A stretch of DNA of 64,000 nucleotides from Oopsacas minuta (GCA_024704765.1 JAKMXF010000349.1:113228-177227); one strand, 5' to 3'. Positions 51,581 through 64,000 are shown, counted from the stretch's first letter. The notes: generated by a model not told the origin, from the letters alone. Program-made: numbers and translations.

Positions 51581-52391
51581 TCCGCTCCTGCCAGTATTTT
51601 GTGTACTATTGTGATAGAGGTTAGATAACTCTTTGCGTGTGTCTAGTTTAGGCAGATCAAGGGACTCAAGCTGTGCTAGGCTGGCAGAATCAGTGTTTGC
51701 TTCACCGATGTAGGTGATGTGTGTGAAGGGTCTCTTCTGTGCGGAAGATGGGTTGTAGTGAAGAGCAAGCCGTTTACTTGTCTAGATATCGGAAGACTAG
51801 ACGATCAATTTCCTTTAGTAGACTTAATAGAAGGTTCTTTAGGAGGGAAGATAAACTGTTGTGGTATATTTGGTGTAGCTTCTTCAATAGATGCCGGACT
51901 CTGTATTTGTAACTGTGGAAGCGAGCTATCGGCTAATTGAGTAGCTGGGCTAGTCAAGGGTGTGTCAGCAGTAGATATAGTCTGGCTGGTAATTACTAAG
52001 GGTGATAGTAGAACGGCATAGAAATTAGCATCGCCCTAATCATCGGTTAGGATCTCGTCACTCGATTGGTATGGATCCTGCATGTGTAAGTAAGTTGGGG
52101 GTGAAATATCTTCCCTGAGTGTTTGCTCATTTTCCAGATCCCAGTTGGATGTGTCGGCTGTTCTGAATCTCGAGTAGCCATGTAGATTGATCAATGTATG
52201 ATGTGGTAAAATATTCTAAGGTGAATATGAAGCAATGTTCGATTTGTTAGTGATGGTAGAACTGAGAAATTTGCTGCCGTATATATACCGATACGATCAT
52301 GTTTGATTCTAAGACTAACCTATTTTTAGAACTACTTGCTACCATCACGGGATACTGTCCTGCCAGTTGAATTTGATCTAATTTTGGAACT
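51581..52391 (-). repeat. Left arm of an ~810-bp inverted duplication (5' part of the piggyBac-like element)
   Basis: Near-identical reverse complement of 58087..58546 joined to 61397..61748; the ORF track shows matching peptides (51719..51940 + versus 61325..61609 -). Confidence 0.92.
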
Positions 52392-52920
52392 ACTTACAGC
52401 CATCACAGCATAACTATGCTGCCAGTTGAATATGGTCTAATTTTGGAACTACTTACAGCCACCATAGCGTTTTAACTGTGTTGCTAGTTGAAATTTTGCT
52501 AATTCTTCAACTACTTGCAACTATCACAGCATAAATGTGCTGCTGGTTGAATTTGATCTGGTTTTGAACTACAGTGCAACATCGATAATCTGGAATTTTC
52601 GATTATCCAGACAGTCTCGGTTGGTCCGAATGTTTGGAGGATAGCAACATGGAATGATTCAGAGGACCTCCATTATCCGGAATGTAAAATATCTGGACTC
52701 ATTTGAGTCGCCCAAAAATTCCGGATGATCGAGATCACATCATAACTATCCTGTTAGTTGAGTTTGATCTAATTTTAGAACTACTTACAACCATCACAGC
52801 TTAACTATACTGCCCTTTGAACTTGATCTAATTTGGGAAATGCTGCAACTGTCGCAACTGCTGTCTGCCTGTTGAAATTACTTTTTTACTTCCTTCTACC
52901 ATCACAGCGAAATAATTTTC
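52327..52920. repeat. ~59-bp tandem array, about 7-8 degenerate units, interrupted by a small MITE at ~52572..52738
   Basis: Unit GAACTACTTACAGCCATCACAGCATAACTATGCTGCCAGTTGAATTTGATCTAATTTTG; inverted counterpart at ~57800..58150. The insert starts TA-CAGTGCAACATCGATAATCTGGAATTTT. Confidence 0.85.
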
Positions 52921-54167
52921 GAAGTCTTGCAATTTCTTTTGTTCATATTTATTGTATTCAACTATTAGCCCATGGGCTATGCTAGAAGAGTCCGTTTCAT
53001 AATTTTTAGCAAATTGTTGTCAGGATTCCATTCACTAAAGTATAACCATTCAGATGGTATGTTTCTAATTTTCGCTTTTTCACCATATTTTTCACTTTAC
53101 TCTGTCGTTTGTAGACACCACTTTTTCTCACACCGAGTATTTTACTTGGGATCCTTCTTTATGAGATTGTTCTTACTAATTTGGTGTATGCAATTCAAAG
53201 TTTAGTTGTTTGTTCCATTCTTTTTCTTGCCACCCATTTGTTTCTTTCTGCTGCGGACCTTCCATAATCCAGACACCGCTATATTCAGAGGACTTCCATA
53301 TTTCTATAATAATAGTTAAATGATGTTATATATCGAATTTCTGTCCCGTATTACCCTGTTGTATCGAGGATTATGTATTTCCAAATTTCTGTTTGCCTTT
53401 ATTATCGGTTTATCCATATTATATCTACCTGAAAAGAAATTATATTATACACCACATGTTTCAACTGTACATGGATGTAGTTTCCGATCTCCTACTCTCT
53501 GTTTAAGGTAGTGCTCATCAGTAGCGTAGCTAATATTTCCAACATAGTACGGAGCGATCGACATAGGTGTCTGTGGAATTGCGAATGATTTTCCAAACGA
53601 TGGACTGCGAGAACTAAATGCTTCGTTTTTGCTAAATACAGTGGTACCTGCATAATCCGACCCATGTTGGGATATGAATATTTCGTCGGATTACCAAAAT
53701 GAGGAATAAATACTTTAAATTGATGGTTATTGGAATTCTAAACACGAAACATGTGCTTGGTTACTAATATTTGCTAATTAGAATTTTATTGTTGCGTAGT
53801 AACAGTTGTAATAAATAATTGTAATGTGCATTTTGCAATGTCGCCTCGCAAGCAATTCTGCTTTCTGATTGGCTAGCTGAAATTTAGTTTGGGTATTGTA
53901 AATGCAATATATTCAGGATACAGCACGCTTTTTTGTCACATAAATCTTTTTATTCCAATTATTTTGATCTGTAACACTAACCCATAATGACTACTAATAC
54001 CGATAATATGGATACAAACATCGTTGATGCTAAAGGTAAATTCAATTAGGAACGACTATTCTTTCATAGTATATCATACAAAAATAAATTTTGTATTTGG
54101 TAATGAAATGTTATACAAAATTGAAACATAATAATTTACGAAGGTATTTCTATTAGACTTGGACGCA

Positions 54168-54940
54168 ATGATATTAACACCCTATAGCCAGAATAGTCTC
54201 AGAAGCACTTCTGATGCCGGCACTTTCTCCAGCACCAGTCAAGATTGTCTTCCCGACAACGACAACAACACTCTCGGCAACGAAAACAATAGTCCTTCCA
54301 GTCACTATAGTCTAGAACCTACTTCTAGAACAAAAGGTGAGTAGATCTATTATTGTGTAATTTGTTTGTTGATGCGAACATTGTGATGTAAATTTTCTGC
54401 TTTCGCTATTTCGCTTTTTTTTCTGGTGTATTCTTGTGACCAAACTAAATTCGTTAGGAGAATCTATAAATCAATTCTATTCTAAATGTACTCTATTTGT
54501 TAGGGCAAAAAAGAAATCTCAGCAATATGCTAGACCAAAGGTTCATCGTCATGTCGAGGGCACTCGACACGAAAATGGATCAACGAGATGATCGTTACAA
54601 GGAGATGGTGAGAAAAATGGCTAAAATAGAGAAATGTATCCATGATCAGTCTAGTATAATAAAGAAGCAAGATCTAGTGATAGAACGCCTTAGTCGCGAG
54701 CTGAAAGTAGGGGAGGTAGAACGCACGAGACTGAGGCAAGAAATGGAGGAATTCCGCATTCGGGTCTCCTCGGGAGAGCAAGTGCAGTAGAGCTTCCAGA
54801 ATGAGATCGAGACCCTGAAGAGCAATCATCGAGACGTACGCAATCGATTGCAACAACACTCGAGGAAGCTCAGGACGTTAGGAAGTGAAGCAATGGAAAT
54901 ACATGATGTTTTTGGTGACCTCAGCCATGATGACTTCTAA
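54168..54940 (+). pseudogene. Probable two-exon gene or pseudogene: Ser/Thr/Asn-rich exon plus coiled-coil exon containing an in-frame TAG
   Basis: Donor G/GTGAGT at 54336/54337 and acceptor TTGTTAG/G at 54503/54504 join the two ORFs in frame (..RTK-G-QKRNL..). A heptad-like Leu/Glu/Arg-rich region continues past TAG 54788..54790 to TAA near 54940. Confidence 0.5.
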
Positions 54941-55687
54941 AGTACTTGCTGAACTCAACCTTGATGACTTATAATAAGTGTTTGAATTCCTATAATGATT
55001 GCCATCACAAATTATTCAATATATATCTCCCACTCATTCTTTCTGTAGAACTAATGATACTAAAGACACAGTTCATACGCACTTAGATATTCGACCCCAC
55101 GATAGGTAGGGAAATACACCAACTATTCGAAATTTAACTATTATCCATACAGCAATGAACGCAGCAAATATTCCTGATAATCATATACAGTAAACTCTAT
55201 CGAACTAGGTTATAACGAAATGGCTGCTTATATCGAATTGAATCCTTTCCACTAGAGCCTTCATTGCACTAATATTGTTCCCTGTATAACAAAATTCGGT
55301 CAGATCGAAAGAAAATGCAGGTGCCGTCGACTTGATATATATAGAGTTGATTACATATTGAAACAAGTAATCATCTAATAATGCAGTTGATGTCAATTTC
55401 TAAAAAACATGATGTCTACTATTGTAATGTGTAGCGGTTGCTATAAACTCATACAACTATGCCGACTACAACAATATCAACAGTACAAAAGTCCCAAAAG
55501 AAACGACGGGAAGTATTCGAGAAGGGCTACTATTCAAGCAGATACAGATAAAGAGAAATATATTGAGCGAAAAAAAATCGACAAGGAAGCAACATAGCAC
55601 TACTCTTACGACTGAAATATACTAAAAGAGGATACTGTTAATATTGTTTGCTAGTCTTTACAAGAATAATGATGCCCCTAGCTAATA

Positions 55688-56589
55688 CAGTTAACGGACA
55701 AAAGTATTCGACCACACAAATATATTGTCATAAATTGTATACTCTTTCCCGTTCCTATACACTGTATAGTCTATATTCGTGGCTACAATCTAGTAATTTG
55801 CATAGAATAACATGTTTTTCAAGAATTTCAAAAAAATATTTTCGATTTACACTTTTTGAAGGTGTTAATTATTAATAATCATTAGATAATTATTAATAAT
55901 CAAAATATGTGGTAATTCAAAACCTATTAAGAATCTATAATTTCTGACTTGATATTTGAATTCTACTTAGGCGAGTTACCCCAGATTCAAATTTCCAATC
56001 GTATTGAACAATTTTTACCAAAGTTATAGAAGAATTTCAATTTGTGCCACTTGTTGCAAAAAGTGACACCGGTGGCAGGAAAAAGCGCCATTACAAGGAA
56101 ATCAACTAGGGTTAGGAGGAATAAGTCATAGTAATATTTTCGAATTATATGACTATGCTAACCCTTGAATTACAAAATAACCTCTTGGTAACGGCCACTT
56201 GTGCCCCTTGGGCAAAAGGTGGCACAAATGGCACAAATTGAAATTCATCTATAACTCTGGCAAAAATTGTTCAATCCCATTGAAAATTTAATCTGGGGTG
56301 ACTCGCCTAAGTAGAATTTAAATATCAAGTCAGAAATTATAGATTCTTAATAGGTTTTGAATTACCACATATTTTGATTATCAATAATTATCTAATAATT
56401 ATTAATAATTAACACCTTCAAAAAGTGTAAATCGAAAATATTTTTTTGAAATTCTTGAAAAACATGTTATTCTATGCAAATTACTAGATTGTAGCTACGA
56501 ATATAGACTATACAGTGTATAGGAACGGGAAAGAGTATACAATTTATGACAATATATTTGTGTGGTCGAATACTTTTGTCCCTTAACTG
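55688..56589. mobile_element. Tc1-type foldback MITE (902 bp) with ~365-bp near-perfect TIRs
   Basis: CAGTTAACGGACAAAAGTATTCGACCAC / GTGGTCGAATACTTTTGTCCCTTAACTG flanked by TA; the arms stay complementary to about 56050 and 56225. Confidence 0.92.
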
Positions 56590-57850
56590 TATATTGCTTG
56601 AATACACATTGTAAATATCACATCGTATTGTTGAGAAGAGTTATCTTATCCGGGCAAATGTGTATCATTGAGGGAAGTATAATAACTGAATGCATAGCAT
56701 TTCTACGGATTGTAGTTATGGCATGCTACCATTGGTTGACTAGTCCTAGTGTCCCACCGAATTAGTATAATTTGTTGATATTTCACTGAGTGACTTAGAT
56801 TTTGTACACTAAACTTCTACTGCAATGAATACATACACATGTGAATGATGGGAAGACTGACTCAAACATTGCTCTACTCTAGATACAAATATACTCTTGG
56901 TATTTGTCAGCAAACTACCTAGCTATGTTTAGACGCTCATGAATATTCGATTCTGATTTTAGACGAGGATGTCTAAAAAATATACCCATCTTTGCTCTCT
57001 GGGTAATCTGATATGAGTTTTCTAACAGCACGGACAGATGCACTTTGTGGTGAGTGGCTTGATTTATCTATTCCAATACTCTTGTGTAAGAGTGTTAAAT
57101 CTGCACGCATATCACATGTATTCTGATTGATTGTGCAGTTAGAGTCTGTGAGTGTTCGGGAAAAGCTATTGATTAGCAGTAGACTATACCTTCCTGACTC
57201 TCACTCAAGAATCTCTCTGTTCATCATACGTATATTATCAATTCTCAATTGAATTCTTTGTAAAACTACATTTCGACAGTTTCACACACAATGTAGTGTT
57301 CGCACACTTATATCGTACTGTCTTATCGTACTTATTTTGTGGCGCTTATACCACTGCAGGATTATGAAACGGTTGAAAAAATGCCCAAAATTGGAAAATA
57401 TTCTTGGATGATGATACCGCCATGAATTCATCATGCGACAAGAGGGATAACAACGCTAACATTGGAATTGAATAAACTTAGACAACTAGAAAGTAATGTT
57501 TCAAAATTGGAAATATTCAGCTTAGTATGGTGTACACCAGAGGCGTAGCGAGGGTGCGGCATCTGGGGCCAAAGTCGCAACTTGCTGTGCTGCACCCTAT
57601 ATTCAATGAATTTACGTAGGTTGTTATGATTGTGCCCACAAGAATGTGTCGCATGCAGCATCCCAAATTCTCTGGCATTTTCCAATTGTTTCAGAATATC
57701 AGTAAACACCAGGGACGTGGTGTTTACAGACATTCTGAAACAATGAAAAATAAAACAAAATTATTCATGTAATCTGTACACTCACAATCTCTAGGATTTT
57801 CAAAAATTGATCAGATAGTATAAGCAAAGTTATGCTGTGATAGCTGTAGT

Positions 57851-58018
57851 ATAGGCGTATTTGGAGGGTGGGCGAGGGGGGGGGGCAATAGCGCCTCAAA
57901 TATCCAAAATTGGCCCTCCAAATGTTTATGAAATGAGAAAAAATTTAGGATCTTGGAGTAACAGGAAATTTTTTCACCCATTTCGAGCTCCCCTTAAATG
58001 TCCCTATGTACGTCCATG
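57851..58018. mobile_element. hAT-type MITE inserted in the inverted 59-bp tandem array
   Basis: Ends ATAGGCGTA.. / ..TACGTCCATG; flanks GCTGTAGT and GCTATAAG resemble the array word GCTGTAAG. Confidence 0.55.
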
Positions 58019-58296
58019 GCTATAAGTAGTTCCAAAATTACAACAAATTTAACTAGCAGCAAACTTATGCAGTGATGGCTGTAAAAAGTTCCAAAATTAG
58101 ATCAAATTCAACTGGCAGGACAGTATCCCGTGATGGTAGCAAGTAGTTCTAAAAATAGGTTAGTCTTAGAATCAAACATGATCGTATCGGTATATATACG
58201 GCAGCAAATTTCTCAGTTCTACCATCACTAACAAATCGAACATTGCTTCATATTCACCTTAGAATATTTTACCACATCACACATTGATCAATCTAC

Positions 58297-61200
58297 ATGG
58301 CTACTCGAGATTCAGAACAGCCGACACATCCAACTGGGATCTGGAAAATGAGCAAACACTCAGGGAAGATATTTCACCCCCAACTTACTTACACATGCAG
58401 GATCCATACCAATCGAGTGACGAGATCCTAACCGATGATTAGGGCGATGCTGATTTCTATGGCGTTCTACTATCACCCTTAGTAATTACCAGCCAGACTA
58501 TATCTACTGCTGACACACCCTTGACTAGCCCAGCTACTCAATTAGCCAGTGATGTTTTGGGGGGGCTCGGGGGGGCGCTCTTGTCACATAATCTGGAAGA
58601 ACTTTGGCCTCATTCTAGCACCCGACTCCCGAGTTTATCAGTTAATGGACTTAATTTATCTATATTTACTGACTTTTATGATATTATTGTCTTTATTAGC
58701 ACTTTAGCACTACGTTTCACTCGCATAAATATCTGATCAATTTTCTTTACCATTACATATTTTATTCTTCCTAAGATTTCTAAATATAATGAAAAATAAG
58801 CACAGTTTTATTGATGATTATTTTCCCAAGAAAACTAAAACTCATCAAGATACAGAAGATTTGGGCCTGATCTCTGTCAGCTCAAATCAAGGATCAGTTC
58901 CATACGAAGAATCTAATTTAGATTTCACGCAAACTCCACTTTTTACATCAACAACTTCGGACGCGGATTTCGTTTTATCTTCAATAGGGGAAGAATCCTG
59001 CTCAAATAGTAGTGCAGAATCAAGCATAACAGAATTACCTACGGATATTTCTCACAGTATAAACCAATCAACTCTTGACACCTCAATTCCCAAAGAAAGT
59101 ACTAAACAAATCGATTTTCCAAATATTTATTCAGCTGATCAATGGTTTGAAAAAACTACTACATACCCTTGGTAGATATGTCACAAAGGTAAATTAGGCT
59201 GTTCCCTATGTAAGAAGGTGTCATTATTGGGCATTAAAAAAACTCAAGGAAGTTCAATCTCTGAAAATTGGTCCAAATGTACAGTGAATTACTCAGGAAA
59301 TTCAAAACCTGCAATGTTAAAAAGTATTAGAAAAAAGATATCAAAACATTTGTTATCAAATGCCCATAGTTCGGCTAAACAAATTTTGGAAGAAGCAACT
59401 ATGGAAAGATTAGAAAAGAGAGTTGATGTAATGAATGCATCTCGTATTGAACTTACACAAAAGGTGATTCGTATAGTGTATTATATTGCGAAAAATGACA
59501 AACCTTATTCAGATCACCCAGATCTAATTGAACTACAGACATTGAATGGGGCAAATCTCGGTATGTGTTTGTACTCACGGTCCACTGCCCCACTGTTATG
59601 ATTGACATGATTGCTAGTGAAATGTGCAGAAAGATTTGCAACAGAATTCTCGAGGTAAATGGTAAAATTTCGATTTTGGTGGACGAATCCACCACTTTAT
59701 CGAATTGATCGTCTACATAAAATGCGAAACATCCAAGCTAGATTATCCACATTTTTTGTTTTTGGAGCTCTTGGAACTATCAGGACAATCATCGTTAATA
59801 ATAACTACAACTTTATTGAACTGCCTAAATACTCATGGATTTGATGATGATATCTTAAGAAGAAATTTTGTAAGTTTTGCCAGTGATGGTGCGAGTGTCA
59901 TGCTTGGTAAAAGTTCTAGCGTATCTACGAGGTTAATTGCAAAGTATCCTAAAATCATTGTGTGGCATTATTTAAACCATCGATTAGAACTTTCTATTCA
60001 TGATACAATTAATGAAGTGACAGCTATTAATCATTTCAACATTTCTTCGACAAATTGTATTCACTTTACAGTCGTTCGCCAAAAAATCAAAGGGAACTAA
60101 GAGAATGCTGTCAGACTTTGGAATGGAAGTTAAAAAGATTGGGCAAATTTTGGACACTAGATGGGTTGCAAGTTCTTTTCGTACTGTTTCGGCTGTTTGG
60201 AATAATTTTCATCTATTGTGTGCTCATTTCGAAAATGCATCTAATGATCTGGAAAGGAATTCGAAGGATAGAGCATCGTTCACAGGACTTTTAAGACGTA
60301 TGCGTTCTCCTGAGTTTTTAACAGATCTTGCTTTAATGTTTGGCACCCTATATGAATTATCAAACCTCTCACAGATGCTCCAAAATCGAGAGATGACCAT
60401 TATCAGTGCGGATAAATTGATACGTAGAACTATTAGACGTTTAGAGGCACTGCAATTTACATTGGGTTCTAAATCTCTTGAAGTTCAAACTGCAGTTCAT
60501 TCTCTGTCATTTCACAGTATTACCCTTCATAATCAGAATATTGTAACCATTAATAAGCAGAGATTTCTGGAATATCTTGTCAATAGGATGAAGGACAGAT
60601 TATTTGTTACTACATTTTCCAGGTCGCCAACTGATCAAAATATTTACAATACCCCTATGAGTGGGTTCAATATTTTGAACAAGGATAGCTGGCCTATTGA
60701 ACATCAACCTGGATATGGTGAATCTGAAATTAAAAGTCTTTGTCAACGATTCGGCCTTAACGAAGCATTATATGTTAATGCTTTTTGTGACAATTATGAA
60801 AATTCCGGTACATTCTTGCCACCCACAATAAAACCATTGTTTAATTGTATTCAACTGGTCTCATGTAGTACTGCAGAATATGAACGTGGGTTCAGTCATA
60901 TGAATATCATATTGGAGGATCGGCGTTCTCGGCTGCTTGTACCACACATATCTGCTCTTCTATGCATTAAACTTAATGGCCCTCCACTTTTTATATGGGA
61001 TCCTAGTGATTATGCTAGATGTTGGCTAAGAAATCACCGGAGTGCATCAGATACTCAAATAAGGGGTAGCAATAGTCAGATAGTTGAAGAAAACCCAGTT
61101 TGGAAGTATATTTGAATAATATACATAGAATTTAGGCATTTACAATGTATCGTGAATTATTGAAACCGTACATATTATACGTGTTTCACGTAGTTGTTTT

Positions 61201-63710
61201 TATCTGATATAAATATAAACACACCATTATTTATGATAATAATCAATGGTATTTTGGAGGGAGCGCGCGGATGAAGGTATGGCGCCCCTACTTCATTATT
61301 GGGGGCCGTTTTCACCTATGTTTTCTAAGAAAATGCTAAATTTGAAAAGAGAGCGCCCCCCACTTCTTTTTTTGGCAAAACACCACTGCAATTAGCCGAT
61401 AGCTCGCTTCCACAGTTACAAATACAGAGTCCAGCATCTACTGAAGAAGCTACATGAAATATACCACAACAGTTTATCTTCCCTCCTAAAGAACCTTCTA
61501 TTAAGTCTACTAAAGGAAAGCGATCGTCTAGTCTTCCGATATCTAGACAAGTAAACGGCTTGCTCTTCACTACAACCCATCTTCCGCACAGAAGAGACCC
61601 TTCACACACATCACCTACATCGGTGAAGCAAACACTGATTCTGCCAGCCTAGCACAGCTTGAATCCCTTGATCTGCCTAAACTGGACACACGCAAAGAGT
61701 TATCTAACCTCTATCACAATAGTGTATCAAAAGACTGGCAGGAGCGGACCATCTACACCCCCGATCTCAACAATAAATCGTCCACAACAGGCCTGACACG
61801 CACCGATCTATACGACTATGCAATAGATACCAATCATGAAACATACGAGCAACGAGCAAAGCATAGCTATCGCAGGGCCCTGAAAAATACCCTGACACCG
61901 ATTGAGCGATTCTTCCCGCAACTATGGTCTTCAGAAAATGCACTTCACATTGGCCACCCTGTAATATTTCGAGAACAACTTGAAGTACTGCCCTTCTATA
62001 AGGAGCCCTATGAGAACGCATTACGTATTGACAGAGTTCCTCTAGCTAAATTTCAGGAAGTACTCCCAGCTATTCCAGAGCCAATCACACCATTACACCA
62101 GAATCCACCAGCGCAGCAGCACTCACTCTCACAACAGGCCAGTCATCTCCTTCACTGTTCTGAACCAATCAAGTTCATTGAGGCTATCTTCCGTCCATCA
62201 TACGAATTCAACAGCATTCATCAACAAATGCTGGTGTACAGGAAACAAGCGAATAAACTGAAATGGAAAGCACCTACATACGAGGAAGTGCGTTGCTTCA
62301 TTGGGCTCCACATGTGGGCCTCACTAGTACGTATGCCCAATCGTCGATCCTACTTCACAAATTCACAAACATACGATCTACCACACTTCAGTTCCCATAC
62401 TACCAGTAATCGTTTCCAACAGCTCTTCACAATGCTACACTTCGCAAACAATAACCAAATACCAGCCTCATTCAACACACCACAACGCTTTGAAGCGAAA
62501 CTCGGCAATCTACTCACAGCTGTCAATAGAAACTCCGCATCTCTCCTTAGACCGGCTAGAGCACTCTCTATCGACGAAATGATGGTGAAGTTTTATGGTA
62601 GGAGTGTTCTCCGTCAGTACATAAAACCAAACCACACAAGTATGGCATCAAACTCTGGGCCATCTGCTGCGCCTGCTGTGGCTACTCCCTCAAGCAAAAC
62701 ATCTATCTCGGCCGCACAGTCGAATCGGTTGGGGGACGAGATGTCGTGTTACAGCTGACACAACCTTACCTCGAGGAAGGTCACGTCATATACTGTGATA
62801 GATTCTTCTCTCACATGGACTTAGCAGCTTATCTACGCTCACGACAAACTGGCATGGTCGGTACTTCATCACTTACTACGCTACCCAACGATCTAGCATA
62901 TCTTGTCAGAAATATGCATCCTCTCACTAGGGCATACAAGTGGTTCAATTGCAAGGCGAAAATTACCTACCATCCAGAGCAGGAGAAGCCCTTGACCAAA
63001 ACTGCATGCTGAGGAACTTGTATGCCTACTCGTCTGGATGGACAAGAAATATCGCAGCGAGGATAAGATAGTTGTCTTTATCGCCAACTGTATACCGGCC
63101 ATCCCTGAAACACCGCAGACTCAGTGTCGCACGAAAAATTTTCGACACGCCAATCATCAGTACACCAGGCAACTGATAGCTAGTCCCCCAATTCTCAAGG
63201 CGTACAACTACAGAATGGGTGGAGTTGATAAGCACGATTGCCTAGTAGGCCAACATCCCATTCCTCTGAGGTCAAAGCGTGGATACCTCAGAGTCTTCTT
63301 CCATCTGTTAGATAGTGCCTGGTAAACGCGTGGATTATTTCAGGACGGCCATCCAAGCGAGGGGTGAGTAGAATCAGGCAGCTATGTGGCCCTACACATT
63401 GGCAAAATTCAAAGAGTCAGTCATTCTGTCTCTCTTCGGCCGTTATACATTTCGAAAAGTTAAAGTCTCCCACACAGGGAACCAACCGACACTGCCAATC
63501 CAGTCGCTGGAAATGATAACTCAGCATCAAGTGCAGCCGATCAAAAACCTCCTCCCAGACTTCCCCACTGATTACGGAAGATGTCTCATCTGCAAAACTT
63601 CACAACTTACTGCTTGTATGGCATGCAAACAGGTGTGCTGTACACGTGCGGTAGGCAACATCTACATGAACTGTTACTGCAACATGCTACAACAATTACG
63701 TTGGAAGTAG
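58297..63710 (+). pseudogene. piggyBac-like (PGBD4-type) transposase, frameshifted, with a long N-terminal extension interrupted by a hAT
   Basis: Core fragments EEVRCFIGL..RFQQLFTMLHF, LSIDEMMVKFYGR, IYCDRFF, YNYRMGGVDKHD and a C-terminal Cys cluster (CLIC..CMAC..CC). An acidic, Ser/Pro-rich reading frame starts near 58297 and continues across the hAT insertion site. TIRs and TTAA sites were not found. Confidence 0.85.
58547..61388 (+). mobile_element. Full-length hAT element (KIAA1586-like transposase, 58789..61115, with stops and frameshifts)
   Basis: TIR CAGTGATGTTTTGG / GCAAAACACCACTG; exact 8-bp TSD CAATTAGC at 58539..58546 and 61389..61396. Motifs ILVDESTT, FASDGASVMLG, WHYLNHRLEL, LDTRWVASS and STAEYERGFSHMN. 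Confidence 0.94.
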
Positions 63711-63901
63711 AAGGAGAACAAAGTCTACCCCTCTCTCCTGAATTTGACACAAGTATATTACCAATAGCAGCAATAACAACAACAAACGTCATGTCCGACA
63801 AGGAGAGTAGTGATAGTGAACAGTACTCCTCAAGTGATGATGATGATCTGTGAAGGTATATTAGGTTCGACTCTACTGTGAGTCTAGGAAATCAAACTTG
63901 T

Positions 63902-64000
<99 letters not shown>
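63902..64000. repeat. (GTA)n microsatellite, at least 33 perfect units, running off the window
   Basis: Direct reading of the sequence. Confidence 0.98.

Noticed and set aside
51719-51940. Repeated 73-94 aa ORF (also 61325..61609) as a duplicated small gene
   Set aside because: It is the antisense frame of the piggyBac N-terminal region inside the inverted duplication.
51581-61748. Inverted arms as giant TIRs of a Polinton or Foldback element
   Set aside because: The right arm continues outward into piggyBac coding sequence, no terminal TSD was found, and no polymerase, integrase or capsid gene lies between the arms.

Overview
AT-rich eukaryotic (animal-like) genomic DNA made mostly of nested DNA transposons. 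Only two apparently intact host genes are visible, both without introns: a dihydrofolate reductase (5204..5794, +) and an 802-aa leucine-rich-repeat protein (43317..45725, -). A probable spliced coiled-coil gene or pseudogene lies at 54168..54940. The mobile content includes two near-identical copies of a RAG1-like Transib element (540..3571 complete with a 5-bp TSD; 12646..14918 truncated). It also includes Tc1/mariner elements of several catalytic classes (one intact DD34E Tc1, plus DD37E, DD34D, DD37D/maT and a pogo/Tigger), at least six hAT elements or derivatives, a piggyBac-like element, Helitron-like repeats and many MITEs. The most striking signal is the Transib element: its ends carry the V(D)J RSS heptamer CACAGTG plus a second conserved motif at different spacing at the two ends, and its decayed transposase has a RAG1-core-like layout. 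Other notable points are an ~810-bp inverted duplication bracketing 51581..61748 and unusual substitutions in the folate-binding site of the DHFR. Family assignments come from motifs recognised by eye; no database search was run.
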